Shown piece by piece: positions 1 through 11,004 of a stretch of 17,853 nucleotides of DNA. Position 1 is the stretch's first letter, and the number at the start of each line of letters is the position of its first letter. A program made the translations under genes and the position numbers. Source of the stretch: Gemmatimonadota bacterium (GTDB lineage Bacteria; Gemmatimonadota; Gemmatimonadetes; Longimicrobiales; Gaopeijiaceae); assembly GCA_039589315.1 (NCBI GenBank), contig JBDHHQ010000085.1, forward strand, positions 1-17,853. Direction: 5' to 3'. Below the pieces are notes generated by a model. The model saw only the letters and a list, made by a program, of their open reading frames with translations, was not told the DNA's origin and did not search any database.

Positions 1-2
1 AG

Positions 3-2537
3 TCGGATGACAAGCGTAGATCCCTGCAGGTCGCGCACGACTCCCAGGACGCGGAGGCCTGCACGCTCACGCTGCCCCTGGAGGGCCTGCACTGCGCGGG
101 TTGCGTTGCGCGCGTCGAGGGTGCCCTGACAGGCGCTGAAGGCGTCGAATCGGCTAGCGTGAGCCTGGCGGACAACGAGGCACGGGTCCGCTTCGATCCC
201 GGCCGCGTCGGTGCCGATGCCCTGGCCCATGCCGTTGCCGACGCCGGATACGGGGTGTCCACCGAGTCGGTTGAGGCCCGCATCCGGGGCATGCACTGTG
301 CCGCCTGCGTGGGCCGTGTCGAGGCGGCGCTTCGTGCCGTGCCGGGGGTGATCTCCGCCGACGTGAACCTGCCCGAGGAGTCGGCCCGCCTCCGGGTCGT
401 TGCCGGGACGGTGGAGGCCGGGACCCTCGCGGACGCCGTCGCCGGAGCCGGGTACGCCCTCGAGCTGACCGATGAGCTGGCCGACGCGGCCGACGTGGCC
501 GAGGTCCGTGAAGAGGAGCGTGATGCCGAGTACCAGGACCTCATGAGGCGGTTCCGGGTCGGTGCACTGCTTACGGTTCCGGTGCTCCTCATCGGTCACG
601 CCGACTGGATCCCGGGCCTGCGGGATCTGGACGCGGGAACGCTGCGGTCGCTCTGGGCCCTCAGCGGCTTGCTCACGGTACCCATCCTCGTCTGGGTGGG
701 GCGACGGTTCTTCACCGGTGCCTGGACCGCCCTCCGGCATCGGAACGCCACCATGGACACCCTGGTGGCGTTGGGTACGGGGTCCGCATGGCTCTACTCC
801 ACCGTGGCCGTCCTCGCCCCGACCCTCTTCCCGGCCGGGACGGCGCACCCTTTCTACGAGGCCACGGCCGTCGTCATCACGCTCGTCGTGCTGGGACAAG
901 CGCTGGAGGCGAGGGCCAAGGGCAAGACCACGCGCGCGTTGAGGGCGCTGCTGGACCTGCGTCCCCCGACGGCTACCGTGGTGCGCCATGGCGTGGAACG
1001 CGAGATCCCGGCGGCCGAGGTCGTGCCGGGTGACCTGGTGGTCGTCCGGCCTGGCGAACGCGTCCCCGTGGACGGCGTGGTGGTGGAGGGGCGGAGCGCC
1101 GTGGACGAGTCCATGATCACGGGGGAGAGCATTCCGGTGGAGAAGGGGCCTGGCGATCCCGCGGTGGGCGGCACGGTCCTGAAGGGAGGCAGCTTCCGCT
1201 TCGAGGCCCAGAGGGTGGGCAAGGACACCGTGCTCGCGCGCATCGTCGAGCTCGTGCGGGAAGCCCAGGCGTCGAAGCCTCCGATCCAGCGGTTGGTGGA
1301 TGTCGTGGCCAGCTACTTCGTGCCCGCGGTCGTGCTGATCGCCGCGGTCGCGTTCGTGTTCTGGTACGCCAACGGACCTCAGCCGTCGCTCAACTTCGCC
1401 ACCGTCGTGGCCGTGGCCGTGCTGGTGATCGCCTGTCCGTGCGCCCTGGGCCTGGCCACCCCCATCTCCATCATGGTCGGTGTGGGCAAGGCGGCCGAGC
1501 ACGGCGTGCTGATCCGGTCGGGCGAGGCCCTGCAGGTGGCCCGCACCATCGACACGGTGGTGCTCGACAAGACCGGCACGATCACCGTTGGCGAGCCGGC
1601 GCTGAGCGAGGTGTTGACGCTGTCGGATCTCGCCGAGGACCGGGTGCTGGCTTTGGCCGCCGCGGCCGAAGCCGGCTCGGAGCACCCTCTGGGTCAGACG
1701 ATTGTGGCGGCTGCCCGGGGCCGGGGCATGGCCATCGGCGTGGCGTCGTCTTTCGAGGCCGAGGCGGGGAGGGGGGTCCGCGCCACCGTCGACGGGCACG
1801 AGGTGATCGTGGGATCGGTGCGCTACCTGGACGGGTCCGGCGTGCGCACTGACGACATGGCGGACGGCGCCGCCGGCCTCTCCGCCGGGGGGCGGACGCC
1901 CGTTGCCGTGGCGGTGGACGGTCGTGCTGCCGGCTTGCTCGGGTTGGCCGATCCCCTGAAGCCCGATTCGGCCGAGGCCGTGCGCCACCTCCAGGACGCC
2001 GGCCTCCGCGTCGTCATGCTCACGGGGGACGACGCGCGGACGGCTGCGGCCATCGCCCGCCAGATGGGCATCGAGGACGTGCGCGCCGAAGTGCTCCCGG
2101 GTCAAAAGGCCGCCGCAATCCGGGACCTTCAGGCCGAGGGCCGGCGGGTGGCGATGGTGGGAGACGGCGTCAACGACGCTCCCGCTCTAGCGGCGGCCGA
2201 CGTTGGCATCGCCATCGGCGGCGGGACGGACGTGGCCATGGAAGCGGCCGACGTCACTCTGGTGGGCGGCTCCCTCCGCGGTGTGGTCACGGCTCTGGAC
2301 GTCTCGCGGGCCACGGTCCGGAACATCGGGCAGAACCTAGTGGGTGCCTTCGTCTACAACGTGCTCGGCATTCCCATCGCCGCAGGTGTCCTCTACCCGG
2401 CGTTCGGCGTCCTGCTGTCTCCCATGATCGCGGGGGCTGCCATGGCGTTCAGCTCGGTCACGGTGGTAACCAACGCCAATCGTCTGCGTGGGTTCCGGCC
2501 CTCCATGAGCGGAGGGCCGGCCGGAACGGCGCGCTAA
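3..2537 (+). CDS. copA: Copper(I)-translocating P1B-1 type ATPase, 5'-partial
   Basis: The frame is open from the window edge (SDDKRRSLQ...). It has two HMA domains (GLHCAGC upstream of the ORF-track start at 159, and GMHCAAC), the TGES actuator, transmembrane [13 protein letters not shown] phosphorylation site, [14 protein letters not shown], and the YN and MAFSS Cu+-specific motifs. Stop is TAA at 2535-2537. Confidence 0.95.
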   Translation, partial: SDDKRRSLQVAHDSQDAEACTLTLPLEGLHCAGCVARVEGALTGAEGVESASVSLADNEARVRFDPGRVGADALAHAVADAGYGVSTESVEARIRGMHCAACVGRVEAALRAVPGVISADVNLPEESARLRVVAGTVEAGTLADAVAGAGYALELTDELADAADVAEVREEERDAEYQDLMRRFRVGALLTVPVLLIGHADWIPGLRDLDAGTLRSLWALSGLLTVPILVWVGRRFFTGAWTALRHRNATMDTLVALGTGSAWLYSTVAVLAPTLFPAGTAHPFYEATAVVITLVVLGQALEARAKGKTTRALRALLDLRPPTATVVRHGVEREIPAAEVVPGDLVVVRPGERVPVDGVVVEGRSAVDESMITGESIPVEKGPGDPAVGGTVLKGGSFRFEAQRVGKDTVLARIVELVREAQASKPPIQRLVDVVASYFVPAVVLIAAVAFVFWYANGPQPSLNFATVVAVAVLVIACPCALGLATPISIMVGVGKAAEHGVLIRSGEALQVARTIDTVVLDKTGTITVGEPALSEVLTLSDLAEDRVLALAAAAEAGSEHPLGQTIVAAARGRGMAIGVASSFEAEAGRGVRATVDGHEVIVGSVRYLDGSGVRTDDMADGAAGLSAGGRTPVAVAVDGRAAGLLGLADPLKPDSAEAVRHLQDAGLRVVMLTGDDARTAAAIARQMGIEDVRAEVLPGQKAAAIRDLQAEGRRVAMVGDGVNDAPALAAADVGIAIGGGTDVAMEAADVTLVGGSLRGVVTALDVSRATVRNIGQNLVGAFVYNVLGIPIAAGVLYPAFGVLLSPMIAGAAMAFSSVTVVTNANRLRGFRPSMSGGPAGTAR

Positions 2538-3061
2538 CCGCCGAGCTCCCCGGGGATCGGGAGGTCCGGACGCTCCGCCGTCCAGTAGATCGTCACGATC
2601 CACCAGCGTTCGCCGTCGCGCATGGCCTGGATCGAATTGATCCCCCGTGCGAACGGCTCCGCGTCGGGGGACGTGCGGGAGTCGTAGGCGCTGAACATGT
2701 GGACCAGGGACCCCCATTCCTGGGTCGCGCGGCCGATCTCCTTCTCGTAGAAGGGGTTCTCGGCGAACCAGCCTTCGGCCTGCTCGATCCACTCGTCCAG
2801 GGTCCAGACGACGTAGCCGAACTCGCCCTCGGGGTCGGGCCCGGATGGAATCAGTCGGGCGCCCGGAATGAAGAGAGAGTGCATCCGGGCCCAGTCCCTG
2901 GGTGCTCCGGCCTCACCGGAGATGACGTCGTACAGCGCGGCCACGAGCGCGTCGAGAGACTCCACGTCCGCCGGATCGGCGGCCGGTGTCTCCTGGGCGC
3001 TGCCCGCGCCTGCCAGGGCCAGCGACATAGCCAGGGTCGTGGGCACGCCACTTCGAACCAT
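2534..3061 (-). CDS. Secreted hypothetical protein, NTF2/SnoaL/DUF4440-like fold (175 aa)
   Basis: ATG at 3061 has GAGG 5 nt upstream. Signal peptide [25 protein letters not shown]. The core ([49 protein letters not shown]) resembles a recurrent uncharacterised NTF2-like family. The ORF-track extension to 3304 crosses the mutS promoter. Confidence 0.8.
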   Translation of the reverse strand: MVRSGVPTTLAMSLALAGAGSAQETPAADPADVESLDALVAALYDVISGEAGAPRDWARMHSLFIPGARLIPSGPDPEGEFGYVVWTLDEWIEQAEGWFAENPFYEKEIGRATQEWGSLVHMFSAYDSRTSPDAEPFARGINSIQAMRDGERWWIVTIYWTAERPDLPIPGELGG

Positions 3062-3196
3062 GAGTGCCTCGCTGTGCGGGTAGTGGTGAGCGAGGGCGCA
3101 ACATGCGGTCGATCGATCGCCACCGCCACCAACCACGGTTCGGGGCGGGAGCGGGTCGAAAGAGCCTCTTTGGACCCCTGGCTGGACCGGCCCCCG

Positions 3197-3225
3197 TTGA
3201 TCGCCCCTTCCCCCTTCGGTATCAT
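3197..3225 (+). promoter_or_regulatory. Putative sigma70-type promoter of mutS
   Basis: TTGATC (3197-3202), 17-nt spacer, TATCAT (3220-3225), in the divergent intergenic region upstream of mutS. Confidence 0.65.
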
Positions 3226-3330
3226 CCGGCCACGGATGGACGAATTGCCGGTGCGGTGCCGCCGGATGCCTGCTCCCGGCCCGGCCGGGTGAGCTCCGTG
3301 GCATCGCCCTCCACCCCCTCCCCGAGCCGG

Positions 3331-5948
<2,618 letters not shown>

Positions 5949-5952
<4 letters not shown>

Positions 5953-6335
5953 GCCTTCGAAGGTGGGCACGCCTCCGACGCCGCGTCGCACGGTGGACGG
6001 TTCTCGTGCCCTTGTTCTGGGGCTGTGGCGAAGGCCAGGGCGTCGATCCGCCCGAGCCGCTCTTCGGCGAGGCCTCGGTGAGATATCCCCTCGACCTGTG
6101 GGACGACGGCGTCGAGGGCGAGACCCTCCTGCGGGTCCTGGTCAGCGCGACCGGAGGCGTCGACAGCGTCGAGGTTCTCCAACCCAGTGGCTTCGCCGAG
6201 CTCGACTCGGCCGCCGTCAAAGGGGCTCGGAACTTCCGGTTCAACCCGGCCCGCCGCGGAGACCGGCGCGTGACAGCCTGGGCACAGGTGCCCGTGCGAT
6301 TCTCCAAGCGGCCCCGCTCCGACGTGCCCCCATGA
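5949..6335 (+). CDS. Small TonB family protein (TonB C-terminal domain), possibly a lipoprotein
   Basis: ATGA overlap with the mutS stop. YP..GVEG.T.LRVLVSATGGVDSVEV..PSGF.ELDSAA..A....FNPA..G......VPVRF matches the TonB_C pattern. The N-terminus is Arg-rich, followed by a short hydrophobic stretch ending LFWGC. Confidence 0.85.
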
Positions 6336-6408
6336 TGTCGAGGCTCCGACGCGCCAGCGGATCCGACGAGTCACACTCTCCGTCTCGAACCGAAAGACAG
6401 GAAGCATC

Positions 6409-7446
6409 GTGAAGATCGCCGTTCTCATGGGCGGAAACTCGGAGGAGCGAGACGTCTCCATGTCGTCGGGCTGCCAGGTGGCCAAGGCACTCCGCACGGC
6501 CGGCCACGACGTCGTGGCCGTGGACACGGCTCACGGCGTACTGGCGCGGGCCGAGGAGCTGGCCGTTCTGACCACGGGTGTGCGCCCGGAGCCTCCCGAC
6601 CCCGACGCCCTGGACCTCGTCGACACGGGTGACACGACGGCGCTCACGCGAGATCCCCGCGTCGGCGAGGCCGACGTCCTGTTCCTGGCCCTTCATGGCG
6701 GGGCGGGCGAAGACGGCACGCTTCAGACCGTCCTGGATATTGCCGGGGTCTGCTACGCAGGAAGCGGGCGCATCGGCTGCGCGTTGGCCATGGACAAAGA
6801 CCTCACCAAGCGGTTGCTCCGCGACGCCGGGATCCCCACGCCGGAGTGGTTGACCGGAAGCCGATCGCCGACAGACGTCGTCGCCGCCCTGGACCTGCCC
6901 GTGGTCGTGAAGCCCGCGTCGGGCGGATCGTCCCTTCGCTTGGCCTTGGCTCACGACCTCGACGAGCTGGCTCGCGCCACGGAGCTCATAGAAGCCGACG
7001 GCGACACGGTCCTGTACGAGCGCTACATCCCGGGGCGGGAGGTGACGGTGGGGATCCTGGGCGACCAGGCCCTGCCGGTGGGGGAGATCATCCCGGCGCA
7101 CGAGCTCTTCGACTACGAATGCAAGTACCAGCCCGACCTGGCCAAGGAGATCTTCCCGGCCGATCTTCCGGAGGAGTTGGCCGAGCGGATCCAGCGGCTC
7201 GCCTTGCAGGTGCACGATTGCTTGCGGCTGCGGGACTTTTCGCGGGTGGACTTCATGCTGGACGGTTCCGGGACGGCCTGGTGCCTGGAGGCCAACGCGT
7301 TGCCCGGTCTCACGTCGAACAGCTTGCTGCCGAAAGCGGCTCGGGCGGCCGGGATCGAGTTCCCGCACCTGTGCGAGCGCATCGCGACGATGGCCGTCGA
7401 CCGAGCGGCCGGCCGGACCCGGCCCGAGGGGTCACCGGCTCGATGA
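6409..7446 (+). CDS. ddl: D-alanine--D-alanine ligase
   Basis: KIAVLMGGNSEERDVS, LHGGAGEDG, MDK, VVKP..GSS, YIPGREVTVGIL, FDYECKY, RVDF, LEANALPG.T..S. GTG start preceded by AGGAAG. Confidence 0.95.
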   Translation: MKIAVLMGGNSEERDVSMSSGCQVAKALRTAGHDVVAVDTAHGVLARAEELAVLTTGVRPEPPDPDALDLVDTGDTTALTRDPRVGEADVLFLALHGGAGEDGTLQTVLDIAGVCYAGSGRIGCALAMDKDLTKRLLRDAGIPTPEWLTGSRSPTDVVAALDLPVVVKPASGGSSLRLALAHDLDELARATELIEADGDTVLYERYIPGREVTVGILGDQALPVGEIIPAHELFDYECKYQPDLAKEIFPADLPEELAERIQRLALQVHDCLRLRDFSRVDFMLDGSGTAWCLEANALPGLTSNSLLPKAARAAGIEFPHLCERIATMAVDRAAGRTRPEGSPAR

Positions 7447-7647
7447 GCGGGCAGCGAACGTCGATAAATAGCTCGGGATCCCGAGGGGTCCAAAGGGCGT
7501 CACGGCCCACGAGCGGACGGACGGAACAAGGCGATCGGGCCGGGGGTTCCACCCCTTACGGCACGATCCCCGCGTCCCCGGTCCGCTCATGAGCCAGCGG
7601 GTCCGGCGGTCTCGCCGGCAAGTTGATTCTCGCAGTCCTCGCTGAGT

Positions 7648-8490
7648 ATGGCCTACAACACCGGCACGCAAAGCTACGGGTTCAACTTCAGCTACCTCCT
7701 CACGCCTTGGGTGAAGCGGCTCCTGATCGCCAACACGGTGGTCTTCTTCATCTCGTGGATCGTGGGGCAGGAGTGGATCTTCCGGTGGTTCGCTTTCGGA
7801 CCCGCGGACGTGCTGTTCCGTCCGTGGTCGGCGATCACCTACATGTTCCTGCACGGGGATCTCTGGCACCTGCTGATCAACATGCTGGTGCTGTTCTTTT
7901 TCGGCCCGCCCCTCGAGGCGCGGTGGGGATCGAACGAGTTCATAAGGTTCTACCTGATCTGTGGGCTCGGCGGCGTCGCACTGAGCTTCCTGTTCGCGCC
8001 CAACTTCATCATCGGCGCCTCCGCCGCCGTGTACGGGGTGATGTTGGCCTTCGCGATCACCTGGCCCGAAGCCCCCATCTACGTCTGGGGCATCTTCCCG
8101 GTGAAGGCCAAGTGGTTGGCCACGTTCCTGTTCGTGATCACCTTCCTGAGCGCCTTCGGCGGGGCCGGCGGGGGAATCGCCCACTTCGCCCATCTGGGTG
8201 GCCTCCTCACCGGGCTGGTGTACCTCAAGGTCGATTGGCGGGGCGGGCAGCGGGAGCGGCTCAAGAAGACGGGAAAGACTCGGCGTCGGCTGGCCATCGT
8301 ACCCCGAGAGGAAGCGGAGCACGAAAGCGAAGGACAGCAGCCCGGCCGGTCCCGCAGACCAGACGACGACGCTCTTCTCGACCGGGTGGACCAGATCCTG
8401 GACAAGATCTCGGCCCAAGGCATGTCCTCCCTCTCCCCCGAAGAGGTCCGGCTCCTGGACGACGTCTCCAAGCGCCATCGCAGCAACTGA
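7648..8490 (+). CDS. Rhomboid family intramembrane serine protease with DUF6576-like C-terminal tail
   Basis: WSAITYMFLH, HLLINM, catalytic GASAAVYG, AHFAHLGG and multiple TM helices. The C-terminal VDQILDKISAQGMSSLSPEE resembles DUF6576. Confidence 0.92.
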   Translation: MAYNTGTQSYGFNFSYLLTPWVKRLLIANTVVFFISWIVGQEWIFRWFAFGPADVLFRPWSAITYMFLHGDLWHLLINMLVLFFFGPPLEARWGSNEFIRFYLICGLGGVALSFLFAPNFIIGASAAVYGVMLAFAITWPEAPIYVWGIFPVKAKWLATFLFVITFLSAFGGAGGGIAHFAHLGGLLTGLVYLKVDWRGGQRERLKKTGKTRRRLAIVPREEAEHESEGQQPGRSRRPDDDALLDRVDQILDKISAQGMSSLSPEEVRLLDDVSKRHRSN

Positions 8491-8601
8491 GGCCGCCCGC
8501 CCGCCGCTCGGCGGCTCGTGCGGCTCCAGCCTCGCGAAGACCAGCCAGGTCCGCCTTCGTCTCCGCAGCGTCTCGTCATGGGGGTGGCTCGTGCGGCACT
8601 C

Positions 8602-8630
8602 TAGTCTGTCGCGTCACAGGTCTGTAATTT
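8602..8630 (+). promoter_or_regulatory. Possible promoter of the EF-G paralogue
   Basis: TAGTCT (8602-8607), 17 nt, TAATTT (8625-8630), forming an AT-rich patch in a GC-rich spacer. The -35 is weak. Confidence 0.35.
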
Positions 8631-8827
8631 CAGCCCCCCCGGAAAACCCGGACGCGCGACCGACCCGACGTAAGGGCTCGGGCGCCCGCCCGGGAACCGG
8701 TGAGAGGCGGCCGGGCCGACCCCCCGGGAGATCGTGAAGATCACCGGGCGGCTCACCGATGAAATGAGGGCGGGACGGCGAAGCGAGCCGCCCGCCAACG
8801 ACTTGGTTTTCCCTATCAGGAGGTTTC

Positions 8828-10924
8828 ATGGGGTCTGCGAGAGAATACTCCACTGACCGCATCCGCAACGTGGCGGTACTGGGGCATGGCGGCTCGGGAA
8901 AGAGCACGCTGGTCGATGCGTTGAGCTTCGTGGCCGGCACTTCCCGGAGACTGGGAAACGTCGAAGCCGGCCACTGTCTCACCATGACCACGGAAGAGGA
9001 GTTGTCGCACGGCATCTCCATGCAGCTCACGCCCGCGTACGCGGAGTGGATGGACCACAAGATCAACCTCATCGACACACCGGGCTACCTGGACTTCACG
9101 GGAGACGCGATCGCTGCCGCCAGGGTGGCCGACGCCGCCGTCATTGTCGTCGGAGCGACTTCCGGTGTGGAAGTCGGAACCGAGACCGTTTGGAGATACG
9201 TCGAGGCCCGGGGGATTCCTCGGGTCATCTTCGTATCCATGATGGACAAGGAGCACGCGGACTTCGAAGGCGTCTACGAGGACATCAAAAGGAGCCTGAC
9301 TGACAAGGCGCTTCCGGTGGAGATCCCCGTCGGCTCAGGCGACGACTTCCGGGGCATCATCAACCTGTTCTCAGAGCGGACCCACATGTACAAACCCGGA
9401 ACCACCAAGGGCGAGTACGAGGAAGCCGACATCCCTGACGGGCTCAAGGACGTCGAGGCGAGGTGGGAGACGGAACTGTTGGAGACCCTGGCCACCACGG
9501 ACGAGGCCTTGCTCGAGCGCTATCTGGAGGGTGAGACCATCACCCGCGAGGAGGCCATCGAGGCCATGGCTCGAGCCGTGGCCAGGGCCGAGGTGGTGCC
9601 CGTCTTCTGCGGCTCCGCCAAGAAGACGTACGGCATGAAGGCCGTCCTGAAGAAGATCATCGAGCTGTTCCCCAGCCCGGCCGAAACGGGGGGCGACAGC
9701 GGTTCACGGCCGGGTCTGGATCAGGAGGTCACGGTCCACGCTGACGACAGCGAGCCGTTCTCGGCCCTGGTCTTCAAGACGGCCAACGAGCCCCACGTCG
9801 GCGAGCTGAGCTACTTCAAGGTCACGTCAGGCTCGGTGGGGAACGGCACGGAGGTCAGGAACGCGGATCGCGGCGGCAGCGAGAAGCTCAACCACCTGAG
9901 CATCGGTCTGGGGAGAGAACGGCTGGAGGTGCCTCGCATCCACGCCGGGGACATCGGCGTCGTGGCGAAGCTCAAGAACACGCACACCAATGATACGCTG
10001 TCCTCTCCCGAGCGCCCGCTGGTGCTCGAGAAGATCTCCTTTCCCAAGCCCGACATCGCGGTCGCCGTGAGGGGGGTGAGCCGGGGCGACGAGGACAAGC
10101 TGGGTGAAGTCCTGACCCGCCTGCACGAGGAGGATCCCACCTTCCACGGGGAGTTCAACGGTGAGCTCCACCAGACCATCGCCAGAGGCCTCGGTGAGCT
10201 GCACCTGGACGTCAATTTCGAGCGCATGAAGCGCAAGTTCGGCGTCTCCGTGGAGACCGAGGAACCGAAGATCGCTTACCGGGAGACCCTGACCAAGCCG
10301 GCGGAGGGGCAGGGCCGCTTCAAGAAACAGAGCGGTGGGCGCGGTCAGTTCGGCGACTGCTGGGTGCGACTCAAGCCGCGCACCCGGGGCGAGGGCTACG
10401 AGTTCGTCAACTCCATCAAGGGCGGGGTGATCCCCGGCAAGTACGTTCCCTCCGTAGACAAGGGTATCCGGGAGGCTGCCCAGCGGGGAGTGGTAGCGGG
10501 CTTCCCCGTCGTGGACTTCGAGGCGGAGTGCTACGACGGCTCGTACCACTCCGTGGACTCGTCCGACATCGCCTTCAAGGTGGCGGGCTCGCTCGCCTTC
10601 CAGAAGGTCGCCGCTCAGGCGAACCCGGTGCTCCTCGAGCCCATCATGGAGGTCGAGGTGACCGCTCCAGAGGACTACATGGGCGACATCATCGGTGACA
10701 TCACCCAGCGGCGCGGCCGACCCCTTGGCACCGAGATGGCCGGCGGCCGTGCCGTCATCAAGGCTCGGGTTCCGGAGTCGGAGCTGTACAAGTACGCTTC
10801 CTCACTGCGCTCCATCACCCAGGGTCGCGGCCACCATTCCCGCAAGTTCGTGGGCTACGAGCCGGTGCCACACGAGCAGACCAGCAAGATCGTGGCCGAG
10901 ACAAGGGCGGCGGCCGAGGCGTAG
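8828..10924 (+). CDS. fusA: Elongation factor G paralogue (EF-G2-like, stand-alone)
   Basis: 698 aa. IRNVAVLGHGGSGKST, KINLIDTPGY, EEDPTF, GLGELHL, KIAYRET, KKQSGGRGQFG, DGSYHSVDSS, LLEPIM. SD AGGAGG at 8818-8823. It is not in an rpsL-rpsG-fusA-tuf context and its G motifs are divergent, so it is probably not the canonical EF-G. Confidence 0.93.
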   Translation: MGSAREYSTDRIRNVAVLGHGGSGKSTLVDALSFVAGTSRRLGNVEAGHCLTMTTEEELSHGISMQLTPAYAEWMDHKINLIDTPGYLDFTGDAIAAARVADAAVIVVGATSGVEVGTETVWRYVEARGIPRVIFVSMMDKEHADFEGVYEDIKRSLTDKALPVEIPVGSGDDFRGIINLFSERTHMYKPGTTKGEYEEADIPDGLKDVEARWETELLETLATTDEALLERYLEGETITREEAIEAMARAVARAEVVPVFCGSAKKTYGMKAVLKKIIELFPSPAETGGDSGSRPGLDQEVTVHADDSEPFSALVFKTANEPHVGELSYFKVTSGSVGNGTEVRNADRGGSEKLNHLSIGLGRERLEVPRIHAGDIGVVAKLKNTHTNDTLSSPERPLVLEKISFPKPDIAVAVRGVSRGDEDKLGEVLTRLHEEDPTFHGEFNGELHQTIARGLGELHLDVNFERMKRKFGVSVETEEPKIAYRETLTKPAEGQGRFKKQSGGRGQFGDCWVRLKPRTRGEGYEFVNSIKGGVIPGKYVPSVDKGIREAAQRGVVAGFPVVDFEAECYDGSYHSVDSSDIAFKVAGSLAFQKVAAQANPVLLEPIMEVEVTAPEDYMGDIIGDITQRRGRPLGTEMAGGRAVIKARVPESELYKYASSLRSITQGRGHHSRKFVGYEPVPHEQTSKIVAETRAAAEA

Positions 10925-11004
10925 GGGTCGGATTCGTCGTCCTCGGCGACGTCAGGCCGGTGCCCCGGACACTCTGAGCACCAAACCAGGCCGAGCCCTG
11001 GGCA

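Noticed and set aside
3064..3304. ORF-track N-terminal extensions of mutS (from 3064) and of the minus-strand gene (from 3304)
   Set aside because: They overlap each other head-to-head across a region containing a good promoter, and the conserved protein features start later.
6318..6368. Three copies of TCCGACG near the tonB end
   Set aside because: It is a short GC-rich word with irregular spacing and is consistent with chance.
6409..7446. Possible VanA-type D-Ala-D-Lac ligase because ddl lies outside a dcw cluster
   Set aside because: The omega-loop FDYECKY retains the Tyr typical of D-Ala-D-Ala ligases, and there are no vanH/vanX/vanRS neighbours.
7484..7495. AGGGGTCCAAAG matches the reverse complement of 3168-3179 (an arm of the mutS palindrome)
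   Set aside because: A single 12-mer match among all intergenic sequence at this composition is roughly expected by chance, and there is no second arm here.
8637..8690. Loose resemblance to a c-di-GMP-I riboswitch (GGAAA..GGACGC..TAAG)
   Set aside because: It lacks the upstream GCAAA and the AAAGC after GACGC, and the stems do not fit the consensus.
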